Assembly (NCBI GenBank): GCA_965223905.1
Contig: CBDCXV010000010.1
Location: 1,600,001-1,664,000 of the forward strand
Source of the DNA: Candidatus Latescibacterota bacterium
GTDB taxonomy: Bacteria > Latescibacterota > UBA2968 > UBA8231
Direction: 5' to 3'
Length of the DNA stretch: 64,000 bases
This document shows positions 21,034 to 29,889 of the stretch, in pieces; the first letter of the stretch is position 1; each line of letters opens with the position of its first letter. Under the pieces are notes generated by a model that was not told where the DNA came from, did no database searches, and saw only the letters and a list, made by a program, of their open reading frames with translations. The position numbers were made by a program, and so were the translations under genes.

Positions 21034-21315
21034 TCAACGGCCGAAGGCGCGAGACAAAAAATCGTTCTCGACGGTCAGCTGTCCGATCTTGGCGTGCAGC
21101 GCCTTGACCTCGGCCTCGTGGTCGGCGGCGCGGGAAGAGGTCTTGCGGGCGAACACCTCCGGCAGGCTCTCCCGGGCCTGCCGTTTCCACTGCGCAATCA
21201 CGTTGGGGTGCAGGTGATGCTTGGCAGCGAGCTCGGCCAGGGTCTGGTCGCCGACCAGGGCCTCCAAGGCGACTTTGGCCTTGAATTGGGCGGAGAAGCT
21301 ACGTCGTTTTCCCAT
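21034..21315 (-). CDS. IS3-family OrfA (HTH)
   Basis: RRSFSAQFKAKVALEAL, LHAKIGQLTVENDFL. Confidence 0.9.
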   Translation of the reverse strand: MGKRRSFSAQFKAKVALEALVGDQTLAELAAKHHLHPNVIAQWKRQARESLPEVFARKTSSRAADHEAEVKALHAKIGQLTVENDFLSRAFGR

Positions 21316-21884
21316 GTCTCCAGTCCTTCCGTAGAGGGGTTGGATCCACCTAACGTAGCTGTCCGAATTCCGGGGTCCACCTCTGAGCCTGGGGCTGTTG
21401 CTCCCTATGTCCACCTGCCAAACCGTTTTTATTTTTGGGTTGCGTCCATCAGGCGTCTCAATAATCCCATCTACATGGTAGCGCGGACCGAAAGCGGTTT
21501 CTACAATCTCGACAACTTTATGGCTTGTTCCCTGAATCCGTAATGCATCCGCTAAGTTCTGCCACTGATCCACTCGAAAGCCGAATCTGAAAAAGAATTT
21601 AGCCTTGCCTCGACCATCGGGACTCGTTGTCGAGAGCAGGTAGCCCGTAATTTTTTCTTTTTCAACTCGGGCATATCGTGCGTTGGGCAGGGTCAATTTC
21701 TCTGGCCTTCATACGTGCATCTCTGACATCAGGTAACAACTCTATCATCCACGACATCTCCTTCAGGTATTCTACAACTTGATCGAATGATGCCGGTGCA
21801 GTTCATTAGCACCATCTCCACGTTCTGTCAATATCCGATTGATGTGGTCAACGCGCAATGGCCCGCCTTTCCCCTTACGGCGTG

Positions 21885-22181
21885 CCTATCTGGAGGGGGT
21901 AGGGCTGCCGGCGAAGCCCCCGCCGAGAGCCCCGCCTCAGCCGCAGCTCGAGTTCGCCGCCTGACCTCCTCCGCGATTCGCTCCCGGTGCCGGGCGTACG
22001 GAGGGGTGTCCCCTCAACGGTCCTCAGGCCCCGGATTGATCCGGATACGGGCCGACAGACAACTAAACCGTACTGGGAACTCGGTCGAAGGACGGGCAAA
22101 CGATCCTCCGGGAGCTGCCGGACCCTGGCGGTGCGCTGTCCGCCTTGACCGAGAGTCCAAAAAAAGTGCCTCATTTTACCT
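21885..22181 (+). mobile_element. ISCR/IS91-family fragment D (3' UTR + oriIS interrupted at CT)
   Basis: Homologous to copies A/C; ends ATTTTACCT, then switches to the IS110 left end. Confidence 0.85.
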
Positions 22182-22315
22182 CGTATAATAGGTCCAGAGG
22201 TTTCGAGACAAGTGTAAATCCAGCCGTGACGGTCTCCCGTATGAGGGTACCTGAGCACCTAAGATGCGCTTGCCTTGTTGGGGACCGGAAGCGACCCTGT
22301 CACCAGCGAGGCTGC
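22180..22315 (+). mobile_element. Truncated IS110 left end
   Basis: Near-identical to 28652-28787 (CTCGTATAATAGGTCC...GAGGCTGC). Confidence 0.9.
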
Positions 22316-22440
22316 CGGAGATCACCCAGGGGCCGCGCCTTCCTTTGCTGGTCTGAGATCGAATTCACCCGACAATTGGCCACACTGAGAAGTGTAGTCA
22401 TGCCGCCCTCGATGAAGTCATCATCCCGATCTAGACAGAC

Positions 22441-22479
22441 AAAGCCTCAATTCAAAGCCTCAATTCAAAGCCTCAATTC
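22441..22479. repeat. Tandem repeat AAAGCCTCAATTC x3
   Basis: Three exact 13-bp units. Confidence 0.9.
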
Positions 22480-22509
22480 GGATGGAACCGAGCACTGACG
22501 AAACGGCCA

Positions 22510-22609
22510 GTTGCGGGGGATCGCCACGCCGAAGCAGGAGCTCGACCTGGTCCGGCGCCGGCTGAGGGTGGCCGAGCAGCATTACCGGAACACGCATGGC
22601 GGAGGGTAG
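22510..22609 (+). pseudogene. C-terminal remnant of Gp49/HigB-like (RelE) toxin
   Basis: GIATPKQELDLVRRRLRVAEQHY directly upstream of an HTH antitoxin. Confidence 0.65.
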
Positions 22610-22613
22610 AACC

Positions 22614-22952
22614 ATGACCACATCCGACTCGACCGTCGAACGCGGCAGCGGCAACGTCTTCGCCGACCTCGGCCACCCCGAGGCCGACGCCCACCTGCTC
22701 AAGGCGGAGCTGGTCAGCCGCATCGACGCCATCGTGCGCCAGCGCGGCATCACCCAGACCGAGGCCGGGCGCCTGCTCGGCCTTTCCCAGCCCGACGTGT
22801 CGCGGCTTCTGAGGGGCGACTTCGGCGAGTATTCTCTCGAGCGTCTGTTCCGCCTGCTCACCGCGCTCGGCCGCGATATCGACATCGTCATCCGCCAGCC
22901 GCGCTCGGCCGCCGGTGGGAAGCTGCTAATCGCCGCCGCCGAGCCCGTCTGA
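22614..22952 (+). CDS. XRE/HigA-like HTH antitoxin
   Basis: GSGNVFADLG..., ITQTEAGRLLGLSQPDVSRL, SLERL. Confidence 0.85.
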   Translation: MTTSDSTVERGSGNVFADLGHPEADAHLLKAELVSRIDAIVRQRGITQTEAGRLLGLSQPDVSRLLRGDFGEYSLERLFRLLTALGRDIDIVIRQPRSAAGGKLLIAAAEPV

Positions 22953-23224
22953 CACGCCCTGTCCGGCGTTCGGATTAGGGGCTTATATCGAATACTGCGC
23001 AAAACGTATGACTCCGACAGAGGAGGTGACGGCGATGGCGGCCATGGCCGCGGGCGAGGTGCGTGCAGCCGCTTGTCACCCACCGCCTCCCCGGCCGGGA
23101 GCTGAAGGCCGGCTACGACCTGCTCTACGAGCACCCGGAGCAGGCGCTGGGCGTCCTGTTCCTGTGGGAGTAACAGAGTTCATCAGCGCGCGCGGGAGAA
23201 CCGTCGGCAAAGGTGGACGATTTA

Positions 23225-23240
23225 ATATCCAATCGGATAT
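23225..23240. promoter_or_regulatory. Probable operator palindrome ATATCC-N4-GGATAT
   Basis: Inverted repeat ending 9 bp before the XRE start codon. Confidence 0.45.
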
Positions 23241-23249
23241 ATTCATGGC

Positions 23250-23753
23250 ATGAACCTAGTTGCCCGCCTGCGGCGCAGCGCCGGTCTGACGCAGGCCGCA
23301 TTGGCCGAGTTGGCCGGCACCTCGCAACCGACGATTGCAGCCTACGAGACCGGAACCAAGCGCCCGAATCTGCGTACGCTCCAGCGTCTGGCCTCTGCCG
23401 TCGGTCTCGGCGTCCATGTGTCATTCGTTCCGCACCTGACGCGGGAAGACCGCCGGAGCCTGGCCCTGCATGAACGGATCGCCGAACGGCTTCGCGCCGC
23501 TCCCGCCGAGACGCTGGGCCGAGCGGAGGCGAACCTCTTGCGCATGCGTGGTCTTCACCCTGGCGCGTCCGACCTCCTCGACGAATGGGAACGCCTGTTG
23601 CAAGGCTCCCCGGATGCACTCGTAGAGGCGCTGGTCAACCCCGGATTGCACTATCGCGACCTTCGTCACGTCACTCCGTTCGCCGGCGTGCTGAGTGCAT
23701 CGGAGCGCGCTACCGCGTATCGGGAGTTCCGGCGCGACGAGATGCAACGATGA
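23250..23753 (+). CDS. XRE-family HTH protein (putative antitoxin)
   Basis: LTQAALAELAGTSQPTIAAYETG; C-terminal LR..TPFAGVL...ER. Confidence 0.8.
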   Translation: MNLVARLRRSAGLTQAALAELAGTSQPTIAAYETGTKRPNLRTLQRLASAVGLGVHVSFVPHLTREDRRSLALHERIAERLRAAPAETLGRAEANLLRMRGLHPGASDLLDEWERLLQGSPDALVEALVNPGLHYRDLRHVTPFAGVLSASERATAYREFRRDEMQR

Positions 23754-24274
23754 ACCGCGCGCAGTTCGAGCATGCGGTCAGGGCGGCGGCCGCCGTCGTG
23801 GGGGAGCGCGAGGTGATCGTCATTGGGTCTCAGGCGATTCATGCCTGGATCGAAGACGACATTCCCGAGGCAGCGATGCGCTCGGTAGAGGCGGACATCG
23901 CGCTGCGAGAGGATGTCGACGGCAGCAAGGCCGATCTCATCGATGGCTCGATCGGCGAAGCATCCCTGTTCCAGGAGACCTTCGGCTTCTACGCGCATGG
24001 CGTCTCCGTCACCACGGCCCTGCTGCCACTCGGGTGGGAGCAGCGACTCGTTCGGTTCGCGACACCGGCGACCGCCGGTGTCGTTGCCTGGTGTCTTTCG
24101 CCGGAGGACCTATGGGTGGCCAAGGCCCTGGCTGGAAGGCCGAAGGACTTCGAACTGTGTCGGGACCTCCTCCACGCCGGCGTCGTACAGCGGGACACGC
24201 TTGCCGAGCTGATCGGCGACACCGACGCGCACGCCGCTCGAAAGCACGTGGCTCGTGAGCTACTGGCTGAGTAG
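23750..24274 (+). CDS. DUF6036-like nucleotidyltransferase
   Basis: VIGSQAI, SVEADI, IGEASLFQETFGFYA, LPLGWEQRL, KALAGRPKD; ATGA coupling. Confidence 0.75.
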   Translation: MNRAQFEHAVRAAAAVVGEREVIVIGSQAIHAWIEDDIPEAAMRSVEADIALREDVDGSKADLIDGSIGEASLFQETFGFYAHGVSVTTALLPLGWEQRLVRFATPATAGVVAWCLSPEDLWVAKALAGRPKDFELCRDLLHAGVVQRDTLAELIGDTDAHAARKHVARELLAE

Positions 24275-24484
24275 CTGCAGCGCTCCGTGAATCAGCTCAT
24301 ACCGGAAACCGAGTTGCCGGCCTCAGCTCCCGCGGGTAGCGTAGGCGGCCGACCGGCACCGGGGCTATGCTCGTGGCCGTGAGCTCAGCCCGATGACGAC
24401 GGGAGCCGGCGGCGCGCCGGCGCCCTCCTCCACCCCGCCGCTGCTGCAGGTGCGCAATCTCTCCAAGCGCTTCGACATGACACA

Positions 24485-25280
24485 GGCGCGGTGACCTTCG
24501 TCCAGCGGTTCGGTTCCTCCCTGAACCTCAATCCCCACATCCACGTACTCATGCTCGGTGGGGTCTACGTCGATGGGGAGGACGCTCCGGTTTTCGTTCC
24601 CGCCCCGCCGTTGTCGGACCAAGCCGTGCAGCAGATCGTGGAGACGAGTGCGCGCCGCATCATCCGCTTGTGCACGAAACGCGGCCTGCTCGACGACACC
24701 GCCGCCGATCCGCTCACCGACGAGGAGCCGGTGCTGGCGGCTCTGGTTCCCCCGCCCCGGTTTCATCTCCTGCGCTACCACGGGGTCCTGGCGCCCCGGG
24801 CCCGGGCCCGCGACCTCATCGTGCCGGCCCAGCCGGTTGCCGAGCCGTCGGCGGCAGACGCCTCGACGAGCGCTGCGGCCTGCGGCCATCGACTGCGGTG
24901 GGCGACCCTGCTGGCGCGGGTGTTTTCCTCCGACCTCAGCGAATGCGCGGCATGCGACGGGTGGCCTGAGAATCATCGCCGCTCTGACCGATCCGGCCTC
25001 GATCCGGACCTATCTGGAGGGAGTAGGGCGGCCGGCGATGCCCCCGCCGAGAGCCCCGCCTGAGCCGCTGTTCGAGTTCGCCGCCTGACCTGCCTTCTCG
25101 ACCCGTCGCCGGCGCCGGGCGTACGGCTGGGTGTGCCCTCAACGGGCTCACAGGCAACCAAACTACTGCGAGCTCGGTCGAAGGACTGGCAAAACGATCC
25201 TCAGGGGAGTTGCCGGACCCTTGCGGTGCGCTGTCCGCCTTGACCGAGAGTCCAAAAAAGGTGCCTAATTTTCCCTATAC
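24485..25280 (+). mobile_element. ISCR/IS91-family fragment E (HUH region, internal deletion, oriIS variant)
   Basis: NPHIH motif; EEPVLAAL|VPPPRF deletion join; ends ATTTTCCCTATAC. Confidence 0.9.
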
Positions 25281-25368
25281 TCCATTAAATTCGTGAACAT
25301 ATTACCAGGAGCGGTCAATAGTTGACAATTTTCCGACTGATACAGAGGGGTGTGATGTCAACTTTAGG

Positions 25369-25644
25369 GTGCTCCCCGTGATAATCAGGCCTCGCAGCTT
25401 GATCGCCTTCGTTGTAACCTTGACGGTTATTGGCCTGATGTCCTTTATTCCCTCCCAAATGCCGCAGACAGGGGCGTACTCACTGCTTGACGCGGTTTTT
25501 GTGCCTCAGGTTGAGGCTTCAAATTGCCAAAATGAGCATCAATGCGTCAACGGGTTCGGACCCTGCTCATACGCATCTACCAAGCGGTGTATCTACCCGA
25601 CCGATGGGGGCGGTTGCACCACCCAAAGCGGCGGAAGCTGCTAG
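25369..25644 (+). CDS. Small secreted protein with 6-Cys C-terminal peptide
   Basis: Hydrophobic N-terminus, VEA|S, then C-x5-C-x6-C-x7-C-x8-C-x7-C. Confidence 0.55.
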   Translation: MLPVIIRPRSLIAFVVTLTVIGLMSFIPSQMPQTGAYSLLDAVFVPQVEASNCQNEHQCVNGFGPCSYASTKRCIYPTDGGGCTTQSGGSC

Positions 25645-26001
25645 TTGAAGGGGGATTTCTACAAAGGGGGCAACGTATCCTGCAAAGGAACGTTGCCCCT
25701 GATCCGACCACCCCAAAATAAATCCATATTTTCTCTGAAACTGGCGAAAAATGAACCAAAAAAACCCTTGTTTTTCGCATATTGCTTTAGGTGTAAAAAA
25801 AGATGGTATGGAGATCTGGATACCATTCGAAGCCAAGAATTTTTCGTAGTCGTAAATGGCTATAAAACAAGCATTTGGATGATCGATTTTCAATGGATAT
25901 TTTGAAGTACGGGCCGTTTTTATGGTTAGTGATGCCTCATTTAATCTGGAAACGTTGCGCGATGAACTAATCAAGGATAGCGGCTAATCAATAGGAAACG
26001 T

Positions 26002-26044
26002 ACCTAACATGTGGCTTAAGTCGTTCGCTTCGCCCACTCGGACC
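26002..26044 (+). other. Left half of an attC-like site
   Basis: ACCTAACATGTGGCTTAAGTCGTTCGCTTCGCCCACTCGGACC (RYYTAAC start, typical attC left arm); right arm absent. Confidence 0.5.
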
Positions 26045-26193
26045 TCTCGTTCTCTGGGCCTCGCCCGCAAACCCGGAACTGCTGGAAAAGCAAGGCAGAA
26101 CGCACATATGTAGGTAATCGACGCCCTGGTAACGAATAGACGCGGAGGGAAGTTAGACGCTATGGAAGTCCAAGAATTTACGGGGAGGTACTG

Positions 26194-27996
26194 ATGCACA
26201 CGGATATCCTCACTCCTAAAGACCTGTTTCAGAAAGAGGTACGCTACACCATCCCGCCTTTTCAGCGCCCCTACGTTTGGTCTCAGGACGATCAGTGGGA
26301 GCCGCTGTGGGAAGATGTCCGCAACGTAGCAGAAAACTATCTTGAGGAACTGGAGCGCTCAGGCAACAACGGAGTCGAAGCGGAGCAGAATACAAGCCCG
26401 CACTTCCTGGGGGCCGTCGTTCTCAAGCAAGTTCCCACGGCAGCAAAGGACATCGACCAACGTGAAGTGATTGACGGCCAACAGAGGGTGACGACGCTGC
26501 AATTGCTTCTGGATGCAATTCAACAGATTTGCGAAGAGTCAGACCAACCATACCTCAAGAGAGTCGCAAGGCGTCTGGCCAAGCTTGTTACCAACGACGA
26601 AGAACTCATCGGGGACGATAGGCTTCACATCTTCAAACTGTGGCCTACCAGGGGTGACAGGGAAGCGTTCAGACACGCCATGGACAACGGACTCGCCGTA
26701 AACGACTTTGCGGAGTCGCTGATTGTCCAGGCCCACGAATTCTTCCAGTTGCAAGTCCGCAAATGGCTTGACGATGCAGCGGGGCCAATCGAGCCCAAAA
26801 TCGATGCGCTTGAGGCTGCGGCAACATCGATGCTCCAGATGGTGGTTATTGACCTCAGTCCAAAGGACGATCCGAACCTCATATTCGAGACGCTAAATGC
26901 CCGTGGCACTCCGCTTGAACAGTCCGACCTCATCAAGAACTTTGTCCTTTCTCGGGAGCGCGACCGGCAGGGTGACATCTGGGGGAACCTGGACGACGGC
27001 TGGTGGAGGATGGAGGTCAAACAAGGTCGTCTGTTCAGGCCGCGCTTGGACATGCTCCTCAACTACTGGCTGGCTATGCGCACGGGTTCGGAGGTCTCGC
27101 CATCTAGGGTGTTTGACTTGTTCCGCAACTACCTTGATGACCAAGAAGTCCACGCGATGATGTCAGGCGTCAAGCGAGACCTGGTGAACTATCGTGATTT
27201 CGAATCGACCAGAGGCCGCAGCCCAGAGGAGAAGTCGTTCTACTACCACGTAGATGTCATGCAGGCCCGCGTGATCACCCCCGTACTTCTACTGCTCTTG
27301 TCAGCTGAGGAAGGACCGCGCATCAGAGCGTTCAGTTCTTTGGAGAGTTTCCTGGTACGTAGAATGATTTGCCGTCAGACCACGAAGGACTACAATAGGC
27401 TGGTTCTAGAGCTGGCCAGCCGCTTGAGGGATAGTGGACTGGATAAGGCCGATGCAGTTACCGGCGGATTTCTGAAAGAGCAGACGGCATATGCCAGAGA
27501 ATGGCCCAGCGACGAAGCTGTGGCCGATGCACTGGGGTCTTCTCCGCTCTATCGCCTGCTGACAAGAGGCAGACTACGATTGATCCTCGAAGGTGCTGAG
27601 CGCCGGTTGCGTTCTTCGGGAAAATCTGAACAGCCTGCCGTACCGACGAATCTGACAATAGAGCACCTGATGCCGGTAGGTTGGAGAATAGCGGAGTGGC
27701 CACTCCCAGAGGGCATTGTCACCGATGCAGCCACCTACCAACGCAACACGCTCATCCACTCAATTGGCAACCTCACGCTCGCGACCCAGAAACTCAATTC
27801 ATCCATGTCCAACGACGCTTGGGCGAGCAAACGCGACGAACTCCAAGGGCACAGTGTTTTGTTGCTGAACAACGAGCTGTTATCTCAGCCTTCTTGGAGC
27901 GAGGAAACCATACGGTCCAGAAGCCGACGAATGGCGAAGCTCGTATCAGAAAGATGGCCCGGCCCCGCTTCAGAGAAGTGGAACCAAGCCAAATAG
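26194..27996 (+). CDS. gmrSD: GmrSD-type (DUF262 + DUF1524 HNH) type IV restriction endonuclease
   Basis: IPPFQRPYVW, IDGQQRVTT, FETLNARG, IEHLMP, IGNLTLA...LNSSMSN. Confidence 0.88.
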   Translation: MHTDILTPKDLFQKEVRYTIPPFQRPYVWSQDDQWEPLWEDVRNVAENYLEELERSGNNGVEAEQNTSPHFLGAVVLKQVPTAAKDIDQREVIDGQQRVTTLQLLLDAIQQICEESDQPYLKRVARRLAKLVTNDEELIGDDRLHIFKLWPTRGDREAFRHAMDNGLAVNDFAESLIVQAHEFFQLQVRKWLDDAAGPIEPKIDALEAAATSMLQMVVIDLSPKDDPNLIFETLNARGTPLEQSDLIKNFVLSRERDRQGDIWGNLDDGWWRMEVKQGRLFRPRLDMLLNYWLAMRTGSEVSPSRVFDLFRNYLDDQEVHAMMSGVKRDLVNYRDFESTRGRSPEEKSFYYHVDVMQARVITPVLLLLLSAEEGPRIRAFSSLESFLVRRMICRQTTKDYNRLVLELASRLRDSGLDKADAVTGGFLKEQTAYAREWPSDEAVADALGSSPLYRLLTRGRLRLILEGAERRLRSSGKSEQPAVPTNLTIEHLMPVGWRIAEWPLPEGIVTDAATYQRNTLIHSIGNLTLATQKLNSSMSNDAWASKRDELQGHSVLLLNNELLSQPSWSEETIRSRSRRMAKLVSERWPGPASEKWNQAK

Positions 27997-28018
27997 AGAG
28001 TAAGAGCTAAGGAGGATA

Positions 28019-28653
28019 GCTCAAAACGCCGTGGTCGGATGGGACCCGCCCTCTCCTACTCTCTCCGATGGAACTGCTGGAGAAGCTGGCGGCTCTGGTC
28101 CCCCGCCCCGGCTCCATCTCCTGCGCTACCACGGGGTCCTGGCGCCCCGGGCCCGGGGCGCCAAGACCGCATCGTGCCGGCCAAGCCGGTTGCCGAGCCG
28201 GCGGCGGACGGCTCGGCGAGCGCTGCGCCCTGCTCCCATCGGCTGCGCTGGGCGACCCTGCTGGCGCGGGTGTTTTCCTCCGACCTCAGCCAATGCGCGG
28301 CCTGTGGCGGTCGCCTGCGGATCGTCGCCGCCCTGACCGATCCGACCTCGATCCGGATCTATCTGGAGGGGGTAGGGCTGAGGCGATGCCCCCGCCGAGA
28401 GCCCCGCCTCAGCCGCTGTTCGAGTTCGCCGCCTGACCTCCTCCGCGATTCGCTCCCGGCGCCGGGCGTACGGAGGGGTGTGCCCCCATCAGTCCCTCAG
28501 GCCCCGGATTGATCCGGATACGGGCCGACAGGCAACCAAACTGTACTGCGAGCTCGGTCGAAGGACTGGCAACGATCCTCAGGGGAGTTGCCGGACCCTT
28601 GCGGTGCGCTCAGCGCCTTGACCGAGAGTCCAAAAAGGGGCCTCATTTTACCT
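28019..28653 (+). mobile_element. ISCR/IS91-family fragment F; oriIS split by IS110 (terminal ATAC at 29944-29947)
   Basis: Homologous to copy A with the same 5' start GCTCAAAACG; ends ATTTTACCT. Confidence 0.9.
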
Positions 28654-28662
28654 CGTATAATA

Positions 28663-28910
28663 GGTCCGGAGGTTTCGAGGCAAGTGTAAATCCAGCCGTG
28701 AGGGTCTCCCGTATGAGGGTACCTGAGCACGTAAGATGCGCTTGCCTTGTTGGGGACCTGAAGCGATCCTGTCACCAGCGAGGCTGCTGGGGTTCGGCTG
28801 ATTTTACCTCGGGGCATCGTCCCCTGTGATATAGACCGCCGATGCCAGCATGTTGCACTTACCGCTTGACGGGACCCGGTTCCCTGATCTGGCTGCGAGG
28901 ACGTGCCCGG
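28663..28910 (+). ncRNA. Putative IS110 bridge RNA
   Basis: 5' stem-loop; target loop with ATTTTACCT (28801-28809) and TATAG (28830-28834); donor loop with TTACCGCTTGAC (28859-28870) and TGCGAG (28894-28899); each loop closed by stems. Transcript ends are estimated. Confidence 0.82.
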
Positions 28911-28965
28911 CTGGCGTCACCCGATCGTGGGCAGCTTCCACCTCCCTCTTGGCAAGGAGCGTCCC

Positions 28966-29889
28966 ATGTACCCCCTCGGCATCGACGTCGCCAAACGCCG
29001 ACACCATGCCACCCTGCTTGATGAGGACGGCACCCCGGTGTTCCGCAACTTCGCCGTGCCCCACAGTCGCCAGGGCTTCGAGCAGTTGCTGGCCAAGGTA
29101 GCCGACACCGCCGCAGCCGATGCCATCCGGGTCGGCATGGAAGCCACCGGTCACTACTGGATGGTGCTGTTCGAAGCGATGACTCAGGCCGGGTACGCCG
29201 TCGACGTCCTCAATCCGCTGGTCATCGCCGCCCGACGCAATATCACCATTCGGGGCACCAAGACCGACATCGACCTCCGCCGGCTGACCCGACTGCTCCG
29301 GGAAAGCAGCCGCGGGTGCTTCGGCCGAGCGCCGGCGCAACGGCTCAAAGCAGCCGCCAAGAACTCGTGGGCCCTGAGGCGTCGAGCTGAGGCCCTGGCG
29401 ATGGAGATCCGCTTCGTCGTGGAACGGCTCAATGTGCTCATCGATCAGATCCGCCAGCTGGAGAAGCGGTTCCAGACCCTCATGGTCGACCAGCAGAAGC
29501 TGTTGCAAACCATTCCCGGCCTGGGAAAGGTGTGGGCACCCACCGTCCTCGCCGAAATCCTGCCCGTCTTTCAGCCCGACAGCAAGCACGGCGCCCGTAA
29601 GTTGGTTGCCACCGCAGGCGTCGATGTGCGCCTCACCGAAAGCGGCGACAAGAAGGGATCCGGAAAAAGGTCAAAGCGGGGCAGTCGATACCTGCGCACC
29701 GCGGTCATGCAGGCGGCTGAAATCGCCGTCTTTCGCAGCCACGATCCACTCTTCAGCGAGGTCTACAAACGACAGAAAGATCGCGGCAAGCACCACATGG
29801 TAGCGCTGACACATGTCGCCAACAAGATGTTGCACGTGATCTTCTCCGTCTTGAAGAACGACAGGCCCTACACCCCAATACTCACGTAA
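28966..29889 (+). CDS. IS110-family DEDD recombinase with probable in-frame internal deletion
   Basis: GIDVAK, GMEATGHYW, LNP, KTD; C-terminal TIPGLG, AGVD...ESG, KRGSRYLR; RBS AAGGAG. Confidence 0.9.
   Translation: MYPLGIDVAKRRHHATLLDEDGTPVFRNFAVPHSRQGFEQLLAKVADTAAADAIRVGMEATGHYWMVLFEAMTQAGYAVDVLNPLVIAARRNITIRGTKTDIDLRRLTRLLRESSRGCFGRAPAQRLKAAAKNSWALRRRAEALAMEIRFVVERLNVLIDQIRQLEKRFQTLMVDQQKLLQTIPGLGKVWAPTVLAEILPVFQPDSKHGARKLVATAGVDVRLTESGDKKGSGKRSKRGSRYLRTAVMQAAEIAVFRSHDPLFSEVYKRQKDRGKHHMVALTHVANKMLHVIFSVLKNDRPYTPILT

Larger units (their letters stand above)
19997..21384 (-). mobile_element. IS3-family insertion sequence
   Basis: Terminal IRs GAGGTGGACCCC..N..GGACAGC at both ends; orfA/orfB; flanked by direct repeat GAGCCTGGGGCTGTTG. 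Confidence 0.9.
19954..21696 (-). pseudogene. DUF6883-family gene split by IS3 element
   Basis: KITGYLL..S.DGRGKAKFF...WQVD..SNSPRL (21696-21385) resumes as ITAHPLGG* (to 19954). Confidence 0.8.

Noticed and set aside
21034-21696. 220-aa DUF6883-OrfA fusion as a novel protein
   Set aside because: In-frame read-through created by the IS3 insertion
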